DNA of 62,993 nucleotides, taken from contig JBEISV010000001.1 of assembly GCA_040375265.1 (NCBI GenBank), positions 1 to 62,993 of the forward strand, in the 5' to 3' direction. Below are positions 52,029 through 62,000 of this stretch, piece by piece (position 1 is the stretch's first letter; each line of letters starts with the position of its first letter). The position numbers were made by a program, and so were the translations under genes. Under the pieces are notes generated by a model. That model was not told the origin of the DNA. It did not search any database and worked only from the letters and a program-made list of their open reading frames with translations. This stretch comes from Verrucomicrobiales bacterium (GTDB lineage: Bacteria; Verrucomicrobiota; Verrucomicrobiia; Limisphaerales; UBA9464).

Positions 52029-54695
52029 ATGAAACTAAACCTCAAACCAGCCTTGGCCACGCTGGCATTCTGCCTCGGCGGAATGTCCGCTTTCGCCAAG
52101 AATGACATAGAACCCACCAAAGAGTTCTACACGGTCGTCCACGCTCCGGCTCCCATCGTCTTGGACGGTGAGCTTGGGGAGTGGTCCGGCGTTCCGATTC
52201 TGGCCGACCCCAAGTTCGCGGTGCCCAAGGGCTCCGGTTCGACTGCCGAAAACCCCAACTATGTGCTCTTCGAGCAATATTCGGGTGGCACGTGGTCCGG
52301 CCCGGACGACCAGACCTCGGCGGTGCAGGTGGTTTACGATGCCGACAACGTTTATTTCGGTTTCGTGGTGACGGATGACTATCACGAAAACTCCGCGAAC
52401 AGCGCCTGGAACGGTGACTCCATCCAGTTGATGATCGCCAGCGGGGACCGCGCCTCCCAAGTGGCTCTCTATAACTATGCCCTCGGCGGCATCGAAGGCG
52501 CCACAACCGACGTGATCATCATGCACGAAGCCGGTCCTGCGGGCACGGAAGAGTGCAATTGCGCGACCGAAGCCGTCGTCAAACGCAATGAGGTCACCAA
52601 GAAGACCACTTACGAAATCAAGCTGCCCAAGGCCGCTGTCGGACTGACCTCCCTGCGTGGTGGCCCCAAGTTCGGTCTCGGCATGGCGATCAACGACGGT
52701 GACAACGGTCCCGGGCAAGCCGGCCAAAAGGGCTGGGGCGGTCTCGGCGCCCATGCGCTCGTATTCGGCAAGTCACCCTCCGAAACGGCGGAAATCACCC
52801 TGTCCAAGGGCAATGACATTGAGCCGGGCAAGGAATACTACACCGCGCTGAAGACCACCAAGACGATCACCCTCGACGGCAACCTCGGTGAGTGGACCGG
52901 TGCGCCGGTTCTGGCCGATCCCAAGTTTGCAGTGCCCAAGGGTTCCGGCTCAAACCCGGCCGTTGCCAGCCCCAACTATGTGCTGTTCGAGCAATACTCA
53001 GGCGGCACTTGGTCCGGACCGGATGACCAGACGTCGGCCGTGCAGGTCGTCTATGATGCCGACAACGTCTACTTCGGCTTCGTCGTGACCGACGACTACC
53101 ATGAGAATTCCGCGAATAGCGCGTGGAACGGCGACTCGATCCAGTTGATGGTGGCCAGCGGCGACCGCACCCAGCAGATCGCCCTTTACAACTACGCCCT
53201 CGGCGGCATCGAAGGCGCGACCACCGACGTGGTCATCATGCACGAAGCCGGTCCCGGCGGGAGCGCGGAGTGCAACTGCGCGACCGAAGCCATCGTTACC
53301 CGCGACGCTGCGACCAAGAAGACGACCTATGAAATCAAGCTGCCCGCTGCGGCCCTCGGCCTGACGCCACCGCTGACGGTCGGCACCAAGTTTGGCCTCG
53401 GCATGGCCATCAATGACGGTGACAACGGTCCCGGCCAGGCCGGTCAGAAGGGCTGGGGCGGCCTCGGCGCCCACGCGCTCGTGTTCGGCAAGTCGCCTAC
53501 CGAAACCGCTGAAGTGACGCTCGGCACCACGGTTACCGGCTCCGACAAGCTGTTCCTTTCCGCGGTTAATCCCGGTCTCGGATCCTTCAGCTTCCGTGCG
53601 ACGGACAAGGGTGCCTCGATCGTTGACCCGGCAGCCACCAAGCTGACGATCAACGGCAAGGACGCTCCCCTGACCGCGGTCAAGTCCGGTGACGCCACCG
53701 ACTTCACCCACACGGCCAGCTCTGCCCTCGCGCTGGGTGCCACCCACAGCTACGTCATCACCGCCAAGGACACCCTGGGCACCACGGTGGTTGACCAGGG
53801 CACCTTCAAGATCAACCCGATCAAGGTCGGTCTGAACTTCGGTGCCGATGAGCCCGTTGCCGCCGAACCTCCCGGTTCGGCCTTGGCTGCTGACGTTGTT
53901 GCAGGCGTTCCCGCGGTGGCCCAGGCGAACTGGAACAACCTCTCGGGCGCCGCGACCCCGCTCGACGGCGAAGGCAATCCGGTTCCGTTCGGCGCCAAGA
54001 CGGACACCGCGGGTTCCACCTCGGTGACGGTCACTTGGGATTCCAATAATACGTGGTCCTCCACCGGCAGCGGCGAAGAAAACAACACCTTTGCCGAAGG
54101 CAACCTGACCCTGCTGACCGGTTATCTCGACACCGAAGCCGCGACCACCACCAAGGTGAACATCGCCGGCATTCCCGACGCACTGACGGCCGGTGGCTAT
54201 GACGTTTACGTCTATGCCCTGGGCGGCGTTGCGGGTCGTGGCGGTGGTTACCGCGTGGTCAGCCCCACCGGCACCGTGCTCAAGCCATACGTGCTCGCGA
54301 AGTCCCCGGCCAATCCCTCCACCTATCAGGAGGTTGTTGCCGGTGCGACCCACGCGGCAGGCACCTACATGGTGTTCTCCGCCCTCAAGGCTGGCGCGAT
54401 CACCATTGAAGCCACGTCGGCCGCCCCGCAGGGCACCGGCAGCCCGGCTCGCGCCCCGATCAACGCCATCCAGCTCGTGCCGACCGCGGTTCCCGCCGGC
54501 CCGACGGTTTCCACCACGCCGCCTAGCGGCTTGGGCGGCAGCCAGCTCACCGGCGTGGTTATTGATGCGACCGGCAAGACCATCACCGCGGACCTGCCGG
54601 CCACCGGCGCCAGCGGCTTCCTGACCATCACGCCGTCGGTTACGATCAGCAGCGTGAAGATCGAAGGCGGCAAACTGGTCATCAAGTATCAGTAA
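52029..54695 (+). CDS. secreted protein with two tandem CBM9-like (carbohydrate-binding family 9/DOMON-like) modules and a long C-terminal region
   Basis: Signal 'MKLNLKPALATLAFCLGGMSAFA'. Twice 'LDGxLGEWxG..DADNVYFGFVVTDDYHENSANSAWNGDSIQLM..KFGLGMAINDGDNG'. Confidence 0.85.
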   Translation: MKLNLKPALATLAFCLGGMSAFAKNDIEPTKEFYTVVHAPAPIVLDGELGEWSGVPILADPKFAVPKGSGSTAENPNYVLFEQYSGGTWSGPDDQTSAVQVVYDADNVYFGFVVTDDYHENSANSAWNGDSIQLMIASGDRASQVALYNYALGGIEGATTDVIIMHEAGPAGTEECNCATEAVVKRNEVTKKTTYEIKLPKAAVGLTSLRGGPKFGLGMAINDGDNGPGQAGQKGWGGLGAHALVFGKSPSETAEITLSKGNDIEPGKEYYTALKTTKTITLDGNLGEWTGAPVLADPKFAVPKGSGSNPAVASPNYVLFEQYSGGTWSGPDDQTSAVQVVYDADNVYFGFVVTDDYHENSANSAWNGDSIQLMVASGDRTQQIALYNYALGGIEGATTDVVIMHEAGPGGSAECNCATEAIVTRDAATKKTTYEIKLPAAALGLTPPLTVGTKFGLGMAINDGDNGPGQAGQKGWGGLGAHALVFGKSPTETAEVTLGTTVTGSDKLFLSAVNPGLGSFSFRATDKGASIVDPAATKLTINGKDAPLTAVKSGDATDFTHTASSALALGATHSYVITAKDTLGTTVVDQGTFKINPIKVGLNFGADEPVAAEPPGSALAADVVAGVPAVAQANWNNLSGAATPLDGEGNPVPFGAKTDTAGSTSVTVTWDSNNTWSSTGSGEENNTFAEGNLTLLTGYLDTEAATTTKVNIAGIPDALTAGGYDVYVYALGGVAGRGGGYRVVSPTGTVLKPYVLAKSPANPSTYQEVVAGATHAAGTYMVFSALKAGAITIEATSAAPQGTGSPARAPINAIQLVPTAVPAGPTVSTTPPSGLGGSQLTGVVIDATGKTITADLPATGASGFLTITPSVTISSVKIEGGKLVIKYQ
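52101..53522 (+). repeat. in-frame 711-bp tandem duplication (2 copies of 237 codons) inside the CBM9-like gene
   Basis: Copy 1 starts AATGACATAGAACCC (52101) and copy 2 starts AATGACATTGAGCCG (52812). Long blocks of identical protein sequence, e.g. 'NYVLFEQYSGGTWSGPDDQTSAVQVVYDADNVYFGFVVTDDYHENSANSAWNGDSIQLM'. Confidence 0.9.
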
Positions 54696-54730
54696 GCGGT
54701 GACCGGGAATTTCCCGGTTCCACAACGAAC

Positions 54731-54765
54731 AGGGCCGGACGCACGTCCGGCCCTTTTTGTTTTTC
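54731..54765. terminator. rho-independent terminator
   Basis: Stem GGGCCGGACG-ca-CGTCCGGCCC followed by TTTTTGTTTTT. A second small hairpin ACCGGGA-att-TCCCGGT lies just upstream. Confidence 0.88.
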
Positions 54766-54813
54766 CAACCTCAGCCTGCGATGAACGCCTGCCGCGCCCG
54801 CCACGGCGGAAGT

Positions 54814-55851
54814 TCAGTCCGCGGCGTCCGGCTCGGCTTCGCCCAAGCGTTTCTCCAGCTCGCTGACCCGCCGGAGCAATTCCGGCAGCCGTTCGACCGC
54901 GAGGAGTTGGCGCTTGGCGACCCGGTCCGGCTGGGCTGGGGAACCCATCCACTTCTGGCCTTCGGGGATGTGATTCATCACGCCCGACTGGGCGGCGATG
55001 GTCACCTTGTCACCGATTCGCAAATGACCGGTGATGCCGACCTGGCCGGCGATAGTCGTGTAGCTGCCGATCTTCGTAGAACCGGCGATGCCGACTTGGG
55101 CCACGATGATGCAGTGCTCGCCGATGGTTACGTTGTGGGCGATCTGCACGAGGTTGTCGATCTTGGTGCCCTTGCCGATGACCGTGGCCCCGAGGGCCGC
55201 CCGATCAATGGTCACGTTGGATCCGATCTCCACGTCGTCATGGATGATCACCGAGCCGACTTGCGGCACCTTGCGATGTTGTCCTTGGTCGAAGACGTAA
55301 CCGAAACCGTCCGCCCCCACGACCGTCCCGGCGTGGATGCGCACCCGGCGGCCGAGCACGGAACGGGTGTAGAGCGTGACGTTGGGAAATAGCCGCGTGC
55401 CCTCGCCCAGCACCGAGTCATCACCGACGAAATCGCCTGCCTGCAAGACCACGCCGGGACCGATCTTCACCCGCTCACCCACGACACACTGCGGGCCGAT
55501 GTGTGCGGTGGGATCCACCTGTGCCGATGCGGCCACGACGGCGGTCGGATGCACGCCCGGCGCAAACACGGGCTCGGGAAAGAACAGCGGCAACACCTGG
55601 GCGAACGCCACCCGGGCATTCGCCACCTGAATCAGAGTCTTGCTATTCGTCGAGGCGAACGGTCCCGCTACAAGGATCGCGGCCGCGGCGCTCTGGTCGG
55701 CCCGGGCAAAGTAGGTTTCGTTTTCGGCGAAGGTCAGTTCACCGGTCTTGGCGCTATCCGCCGGGGCGAATCCGGACAGGGGAAGCGCGGGGTCGCCGAT
55801 GACCTGTCCGTTGAGCTTTTCGGCGAGTTGGCCGGTCGTGAAGATGGGCAT
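54814..55851 (-). CDS. lpxD: UDP-3-O-acylglucosamine N-acyltransferase
   Basis: 'MPIFTTGQLAEKLNGQVIGD' N-domain, long hexapeptide-repeat region, C-terminal helix 'VAKRQLLAVERLPELLRRVSELE'. Confidence 0.92.
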   Translation of the reverse strand: MPIFTTGQLAEKLNGQVIGDPALPLSGFAPADSAKTGELTFAENETYFARADQSAAAAILVAGPFASTNSKTLIQVANARVAFAQVLPLFFPEPVFAPGVHPTAVVAASAQVDPTAHIGPQCVVGERVKIGPGVVLQAGDFVGDDSVLGEGTRLFPNVTLYTRSVLGRRVRIHAGTVVGADGFGYVFDQGQHRKVPQVGSVIIHDDVEIGSNVTIDRAALGATVIGKGTKIDNLVQIAHNVTIGEHCIIVAQVGIAGSTKIGSYTTIAGQVGITGHLRIGDKVTIAAQSGVMNHIPEGQKWMGSPAQPDRVAKRQLLAVERLPELLRRVSELEKRLGEAEPDAAD

Positions 55852-55853
55852 GG

Positions 55854-56216
55854 CTACTTTCCCCGGATGTTGACGATGCGGTTGGCCTCGCCCAGCACGA
55901 TCACCGTGGGCGCCCAAGCGGACGCCTGGTGCTGCTCGATCTGCGTGAAGGACATGATGGTGATGCGGTCGCCGGGTTTGCCGAGGTGGGCGACGGCACC
56001 GTTGAGCTCGATGGCTCCGGAGGCCCGCGGGCCCTTGATCACGTAGGTTTCCCACCGGGCGCCGTTGGCCATGTTGCTGCACAGGATGCGCTCGTAGGGA
56101 ACGAGCCCGGCGGCCTCGATGAGATCCTCGGCGATGGTGAGGCTGCCTTCGTAATCCACGCTCGCGGCGGTGACCGAGGCGCGGTGAATCTTCGATTTAA
56201 GAATGTGGACCAGCAT
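55854..56216 (-). CDS. panD: aspartate 1-decarboxylase
   Basis: 'MLVHILKSKIHRASVTAASVDYEGSLTI' with the Gly-Ser self-processing site. 120 aa. Confidence 0.95.
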   Translation of the reverse strand: MLVHILKSKIHRASVTAASVDYEGSLTIAEDLIEAAGLVPYERILCSNMANGARWETYVIKGPRASGAIELNGAVAHLGKPGDRITIMSFTQIEQHQASAWAPTVIVLGEANRIVNIRGK

Positions 56217-56290
56217 GTGGGAGGATCGTTCTTCGGCGCGCGAACCCTTCGCCTTGTGGCGGGCTAAAACCCGCGCGCACCGAGTCGTTC

Positions 56291-56319
56291 GTTGACCCGA
56301 AATACGGTCGGGACTATTA
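56291..56319 (+). promoter_or_regulatory. sigma70-like promoter (TTGACC-N17-TATTAA) for the 56372 gene
   Basis: TTGACC at 56291-96, a 17-nt spacer, TATTAA at 56314-19, about 50 nt upstream of the ATG. Sequence match only. Confidence 0.45.
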
Positions 56320-56371
56320 ACGCCGCGATTTCCGCACACAACAGAACGTTTCAAACCATCAGTTACACGTC

Positions 56372-57535
56372 ATGAGTCGCAAAATTCGTTACGGCATGGT
56401 CGGCGGCGGGCGCGGCGCCTTCATCGGGGCGGTCCACCGCATCGCCGCCAACATGGACGGGCAGATCGAGCTCGTCTGCGGCGCCTTCAGCTCCGATCCT
56501 GAGAAGTCCAAGGCCTCCGGCGCGGACCTGTTCCTCCCGCCCGGCCGCTGCTACGGCAGCTTTGCCGAAATGATCCAGGCCGAGGCCGCGCTCCCGGTCG
56601 GAGAGCGGATGGACTTCATCGCCATCGTCACGCCGAACCACATGCACTTTCCGCCGGCCAAGCTGGCGCTCGAAAACGGCTTCCACGTCCTCAGCGACAA
56701 GCCGGCGACCTTCGACCTCGCCGAATCGAAGACCCTGCAGGCGCTCGTGAAGAAGTCCGGCCTGCTTTACGGCCTGACCCACAACTACACCGGCTACCCG
56801 CTCATCAAGGAAGCCCGCCACCTCGTTGCCAGCGGCAAGCTGGGCAAGATCCGAAAGGTCGTCGTCGAATACCCCCAGGGTTGGTTGGCCACCCGCATCG
56901 AGGCGAGCGGCCAGAAGCAGGCCGCCTGGCGCACCGATCCGAAACGCTCCGGCGCCGCCGGCTGCATCGGCGACATCGGCACGCACGCCGAGAACCTCGC
57001 CGAATACGTTACCGGATTGCAGATCAGTGAACTGGCCGCTGACCTCACCGCCTTCGTGAAGGGCCGCAAGCTGGATGACGACGGCAACGTGCTGCTCCGC
57101 TTCAAGGGCGGCGCGAAGGGCGTGCTCCATGCCTCGCAGATTTCCGTGGGCGAGGAGAACAACCTGAACCTCCGCGTGTATGGCGAACTCGGTGGCCTCG
57201 AATGGCATCAGCGCGAGCCCAACACGATGCTCGTGAAGTGGCCCGACCAGCCGATGCAGGTTTACCGCACGGCCAACGGCTACCTGAGCGACATCGCCAA
57301 GGCCGCCGGCCGCACCCCGCCAGCCCACCCCGAGGGTTACCTGGAAGCCTTCGCGAACATCTACCGCAACTTCGCCGGCGCCGTCCGTGCCCGCGTGGAC
57401 GGCCGCAAGCTGGCCAAGGACGATCCGACGCTCGACTTCCCGAAGATCGAGGACGGCGTCCGCGGCATGGCGTTCATCGAGGCCGTGGTGAAGTCGTCCA
57501 AAGCCAATGCCGCGTGGACGAAGCTGGAAGTCTAA
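56372..57535 (+). CDS. Gfo/Idh/MocA family oxidoreductase
   Basis: 'IRYGMVGGGRGAFIGAVHR..DFIAIVTPNHMHFPPAKLALENGFHVLSDKPAT'. Confidence 0.88.
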   Translation: MSRKIRYGMVGGGRGAFIGAVHRIAANMDGQIELVCGAFSSDPEKSKASGADLFLPPGRCYGSFAEMIQAEAALPVGERMDFIAIVTPNHMHFPPAKLALENGFHVLSDKPATFDLAESKTLQALVKKSGLLYGLTHNYTGYPLIKEARHLVASGKLGKIRKVVVEYPQGWLATRIEASGQKQAAWRTDPKRSGAAGCIGDIGTHAENLAEYVTGLQISELAADLTAFVKGRKLDDDGNVLLRFKGGAKGVLHASQISVGEENNLNLRVYGELGGLEWHQREPNTMLVKWPDQPMQVYRTANGYLSDIAKAAGRTPPAHPEGYLEAFANIYRNFAGAVRARVDGRKLAKDDPTLDFPKIEDGVRGMAFIEAVVKSSKANAAWTKLEV

Positions 57536-57560
57536 GCGGACTCGAACCCGGCAGGATTGC

Positions 57561-57596
57561 CACGGGCGCGGATCAATCCGCGCCCGTTTTCATTTC
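57561..57596 (+). terminator. rho-independent terminator
   Basis: Perfect 11-bp stem ACGGGCGCGGA-tcaa-TCCGCGCCCGT followed by TTTTCATTT. Confidence 0.88.
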
Positions 57597-57822
57597 AGCG
57601 TCCGGGATTCCCGCGCCTTGTCCGCCGGCAGCCGGCGGCGTCCTCGTTCCGGGGGAAACGCCACGTCGCCTGAGGAAGGGCAAGGCGCGCCGCCGCCCGG
57701 GCATTGCGCCCAGAGCGGCGGCCACGAGCCGGCCCATCTGGTTGGGGCCCTTCATCCTTTGCCAGCAATGCCAATGCAGCCGCGGGGCCAACGCCGGCGG
57801 AGCTCTGGGCGGCGCCGAACCG

Positions 57823-59034
57823 TCAGCGGGTCCAGGCGTGGATCGTGATCAGGTTGTTCACGGGCAGGCCGACCGGGATGACCAGCGTGGCCGGATTTTG
57901 GGCCGTGTTCACGATGTTCGTGTCGATCACGATGCGGGGACCGCTGTCGGGCGTGAGCGTCAGGCGGATGGGCACGTCGGCGTTGAAGTCCTGCGCGCGG
58001 AGCGTGACGGTCTGGTTCGTGTCGGAGTTGAAGGGCAGTTGCACCTGCACGGTGTTGCCGGTGCCGAGCGGTATGTCTTTGCCGGCGGCTTTCACGAGAT
58101 CCAGGCGGGGAATCACGCTGGGCGCGACAAACATGTTCGCACCCACCGTGGTTTGGCTCAGCGGCTGAAAGGCGAGCGTGAGCGCGGTCTTGTCGAGGCA
58201 GTCCACGCGGATGCGGCCGTCGCCACCGCCGGAACCGCCGCCATCGACGTTGATGATTCCCCGGCCCTCCACCTTCGGGGCCAACAGGCGAATCGCCCCG
58301 CCAGACCCGCCGTTGTGTGACGAGCCCCGCCATATGCCGCCTTGCGAGTCAATTCGGCCGCCACTGTTCACGGCGATGCGGGTATTCGACGCCACCAAGA
58401 TTGCCCCGCCGCCGCCGCCGCCGCCATTGCCAGGCGTTCCGGTGTCGCCGCCGCCACCGGAGCCGCCCATCAGCGGAATCAGCAGCGGACTGCCGTAGGG
58501 CTGACCCTTGAAGGCGGAACCGGCCCCTCCCGCCACCGAGCCGTAGCCCCCGCCGCCAGCTGTCGCTGCACCGCCACCTTGAGTGCCGGCACCCCCTGCA
58601 CCGGGGCCATAGCCGTCACCCGGAGGGAAACTGGCCCCAAAGCCGGGTTTGCCCCCGTCAAAGCCGCCGGGCCCACCCGCTCCGCCGATGGGAGGAGAGC
58701 CCGGGGCCTGGCGCCCCGAGACATTGACGGCCCCATCAATCACCACGTCGCCCTGCGCCAGCAGGTAAACGGGCGTGTTCAGGGCATTGCGGTTGAAACG
58801 CAGGGTGCGCCCCGCCGCGACGGTGACGGTGGTGTAATGCAGCCGGCCGTCCGGCGGCAGGTCCACGGTCACATCTGCGTCGGCCACGTTGAGGGCGCCG
58901 AGGGCGCCGTTGCTGCCGGCGTCGAAGTTCTGGGCCCACGCGGGCGCCAGCGAGGAGACGGCCAGGAGAATGGCCGCCAGGAGTTGAGTTTTGGCTTTCA
59001 TGTTTTGAGTAAAGGAATGGGGCAAACGGTTCAT
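57823..59034 (-). CDS. secreted glycine-rich protein, predicted beta-helix-like
   Basis: ATGA overlap with the upstream giant gene. Signal 'KTQLLAAILLAVSSLAPAWA'. Gly-rich core 'GGAGGPGGFDGGKPGFG..GGSGGGGDTGTPGNGGGGGGGAILV..GGSGGAIRLL..GGGSGGGDGRIRV'. An alternative start is M12 (59001). Confidence 0.75.
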   Translation of the reverse strand: MNRLPHSFTQNMKAKTQLLAAILLAVSSLAPAWAQNFDAGSNGALGALNVADADVTVDLPPDGRLHYTTVTVAAGRTLRFNRNALNTPVYLLAQGDVVIDGAVNVSGRQAPGSPPIGGAGGPGGFDGGKPGFGASFPPGDGYGPGAGGAGTQGGGAATAGGGGYGSVAGGAGSAFKGQPYGSPLLIPLMGGSGGGGDTGTPGNGGGGGGGAILVASNTRIAVNSGGRIDSQGGIWRGSSHNGGSGGAIRLLAPKVEGRGIINVDGGGSGGGDGRIRVDCLDKTALTLAFQPLSQTTVGANMFVAPSVIPRLDLVKAAGKDIPLGTGNTVQVQLPFNSDTNQTVTLRAQDFNADVPIRLTLTPDSGPRIVIDTNIVNTAQNPATLVIPVGLPVNNLITIHAWTR

Positions 59035-62000
59035 TGGGACAGGAATTCGACGGTGGCCGGCGGTTGGGCGAGCACGGGACCAAAATCACCCCCCGGGCCA
59101 AATCGGGCCGCGGGGGCGAGCACTTCCACGGGCGGTTGCGCCAGGGTCGGGCCGAAGGCACTGCCAGCCCCGAACACCGCGGCAGGAGCGATGACCTCCG
59201 CGGGCGGATTCGCCAGCGTGGGACCAAAGGCACTGCCCGGCCCGAATACGGCGGCCGGGGCGATCACCTCGACTGGCGGATTAGCCAGGGTCGGGCCGAA
59301 GGCACTGCCGGCCCCAAACACCGCGGCCGGGGCGAGGACTTCCAGCGGCGGATTCGCCAGCGTCGGGCCGAAAGCACTGCCTTCGCCAAACACGGCGGCC
59401 GGAGCAATCACTTCCACCGGCGGATTGGCCAGAGTTGGGCCAAAGCTGCTGCCGGGTCCGAACACCGCGGCGGGCGCGACCAGTTCCACGGGCGGAATTC
59501 CGAGCGCACCGACGAAGGGCCGGGACAACGGATTGAGCGGGTCGCTGCCGCCGGTGACTTCGCCCTCGTCGGGCCAACCGTCGCCGTCGGTGTCTGCCCG
59601 CAAGGGATCGGTGCCGGCGGCCAGTTCCCGCCGGGCGCTCAGGCCATCGCGGTCGCGATCTTCATCGCCGTCGTTGACCCCGTTGTCGTCCGAATCAACC
59701 CGCCGTGGATCGGTGCCGAAGACGATCTCGAAGGCGGAGGTCAGGCCGTCGCGGTCGGGATCCTCGGCGCCGTCGGGCACGCCGTTGCCGTTGGAGTCGG
59801 CCTTCAGCGGGTCCAGGCCCAGCAGCCGCTCCACATCGTCCGGCAGGCCATCCCCGTCGGTGTCCACCGCTGGATCGAAGACCACCAAGTCCACCGTGAC
59901 CGGAGCCGCCAGGGGATTGCCGGCCAAATCCGCCAGCGGGGGGGACAGCACCAACCGGTAGGCGCTGGGCGGCAACGGTGAGGCGGCGCTGAGCGCCACC
60001 AGCGGGAGCTGCTCCCGAAGTTCGCGGGTGAGGTCGGACACCGCCTGGTCATCCTCCGTGCCCAGCACCTGGTCGGGACCGGGAGCCAGCAGCCGGACCG
60101 ACGTTTCGGTAACGGTGGCCGGATCCAATGCCTCACTGAAGAGCGCGAGCACGCTGCTCAGTTCGCGCAGCAAGGCGCTGCTTTCGGGCGCGGTGCGAAC
60201 GAGGCGTGGCGGCGTGGCGTCGGGCACCAGTTGCAGCGTCAGTTCCTCGCTGAAGGCCGCATTGCCGGCGGTGTCCACCGCCTTGGCCCGAATCCGCAGC
60301 GTCGTTTGGACGGCCGTGAGCGGCGGCGCATTGAAGGCGACTTCAAAGGGGAAGTTGCCATCCACTGCCAAGGGTTGGCCGTCGCGATAGAACTCGACCT
60401 GCCGCACCTGCACATCGTCGGTCACGGAGGCCCGCAACCGCAGCAACTGTCCCGCCTCGGCCCGGCCTTCGGTCGACGAAGTCCGCAGGGTGATCGTCGG
60501 CGGATTGGTGCCGGTGTCGCTTGCCAGGTAATTGACGATCTGGAGCCCGGCCGCGGTATCGGCCACGTAGGCGAGGTTGTTGTAGAGAGCGGCGGCCCGG
60601 GCGACTCCGGGCGTGGTCAGAATCGTCCCGGCGGCGTTGTTCACCGCGGGATTGCGAAGGTCGAACACCTGCACGTTGTGGGTGGCCGCGTTGACGGCAT
60701 TCGGGGCCGCACCCACGACCGCCAAGCCCGCGCCGGAACCGTTCGGCAGGATCTGCTTGAACGACGCCGGGCCATAGGCCTGGGACCTTGAAATTAGCGC
60801 GGGCGTGCCGGGGTTCGTGAGATCGAAGCGGGCGAAACCGTCCAAGTCGGTAACCAGGGCCACGCCGTCCCCCACGGAGACCCGGCGGCGACGGGTGACC
60901 AAGTCCGGGCTGCTCAGACTCAAGGCAACCTGCCCCCGGCGCGCCAGCACCCCGGCGACGAACTCGAAGGTGATCAGTTCGCTGTTGAGCACTACGGACG
61001 CGAGGCCGGCTTCCAGGGCCACGTCCAGGGCCGCTCCGGGCAGGGCCGCCGTGCCGAGCGGCGTCCCCGTGGAGAGGTCTAGCAAATGGAGTTCATTGGC
61101 CTGGGTCGCGACCCAGGCGATGCCGCCTTCTACCGCCGCCGCGGTGACGTTCCCGCGAATGGCGATCTGGCGGAGGGTGGCGGTCGGATCCCGCGGATCG
61201 AACACCAGCAGGCCGGCAAAATCGCCCCCGGCCACGGCGAATTCCTGGCTGAGCGCGACCACCTTGACGTCGCCCGGCGCCGGCAGGCGAGCGATCAGCA
61301 CGCCCAACTGACCGCTGGCTACGTCCAGGACTCCAACGCCACCGCTGCCCAAGGCCACCACGGCGCGGTCATTGAAGGCCGCCACATCGACTGCCTCGCC
61401 CGGCAGCGGCACAGAGCCGATTACCCCTACGGCCATCGGGCGGCCATCCAAGGGGTTCAGTCCCTGGTCCAGCTCGGCACCATCGAGGATGCCGTCGCCG
61501 TCGGTGTCCGGATTCTGGGCCGGCGTGCCGATGATGAATTCGGCCAAGTCGGCCAGACCGTCGCGATCCACGTCTCGGCCGTCGGCCTGGTCCACCGCCG
61601 TCTCGATGAGATCGGCAATCTGATTGAGCCGGGCCGCGAGGGGCTCCCCGATGCCGGTGTGGAGAGTCAGCTCAATCTCGGCCGAGGCCGGCAGCAGGGG
61701 CACAGTTTCGCCCGGCCGATCCACCAGCGGCACGAGCGTAAACGAGGGCAGGCGTCCGTCGCGGGGTCCGCCACTTCCCAGGCGGGTGCCGGACCGGCCC
61801 ACCGACCGCGTGCGTGGGTCATAGAACCAGTTTTCGATCCGCTCCGTGGGCCGCAGGTTGATCCCGAAGAAATTCGCCAGGGTGAACACCTGATACTGGC
61901 CGTAAGGTTCGGTCAGCGCCCGCACCAACGAGCTCCGGACGCTGGTCTCCGGCAAACCGGCGACAACTTGCCGCAGGGACGCCAGCACCAGACCGGCGCG

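Noticed and set aside
57573-57791. 72-aa ORF in the 287-bp gap downstream of the oxidoreductase terminator.
   Set aside because: It overlaps the terminator hairpin, has a low-complexity Arg/Pro/Gly composition, and has no ribosome-binding site or recognisable motif.
59034-59495. A CRISPR-like array, considering also the 7-nt tracts at 11771 and 27503.
   Set aside because: The repeats are contiguous with no spacers. The 72-bp units are in frame inside a long ORF. No cas genes are present in the window.
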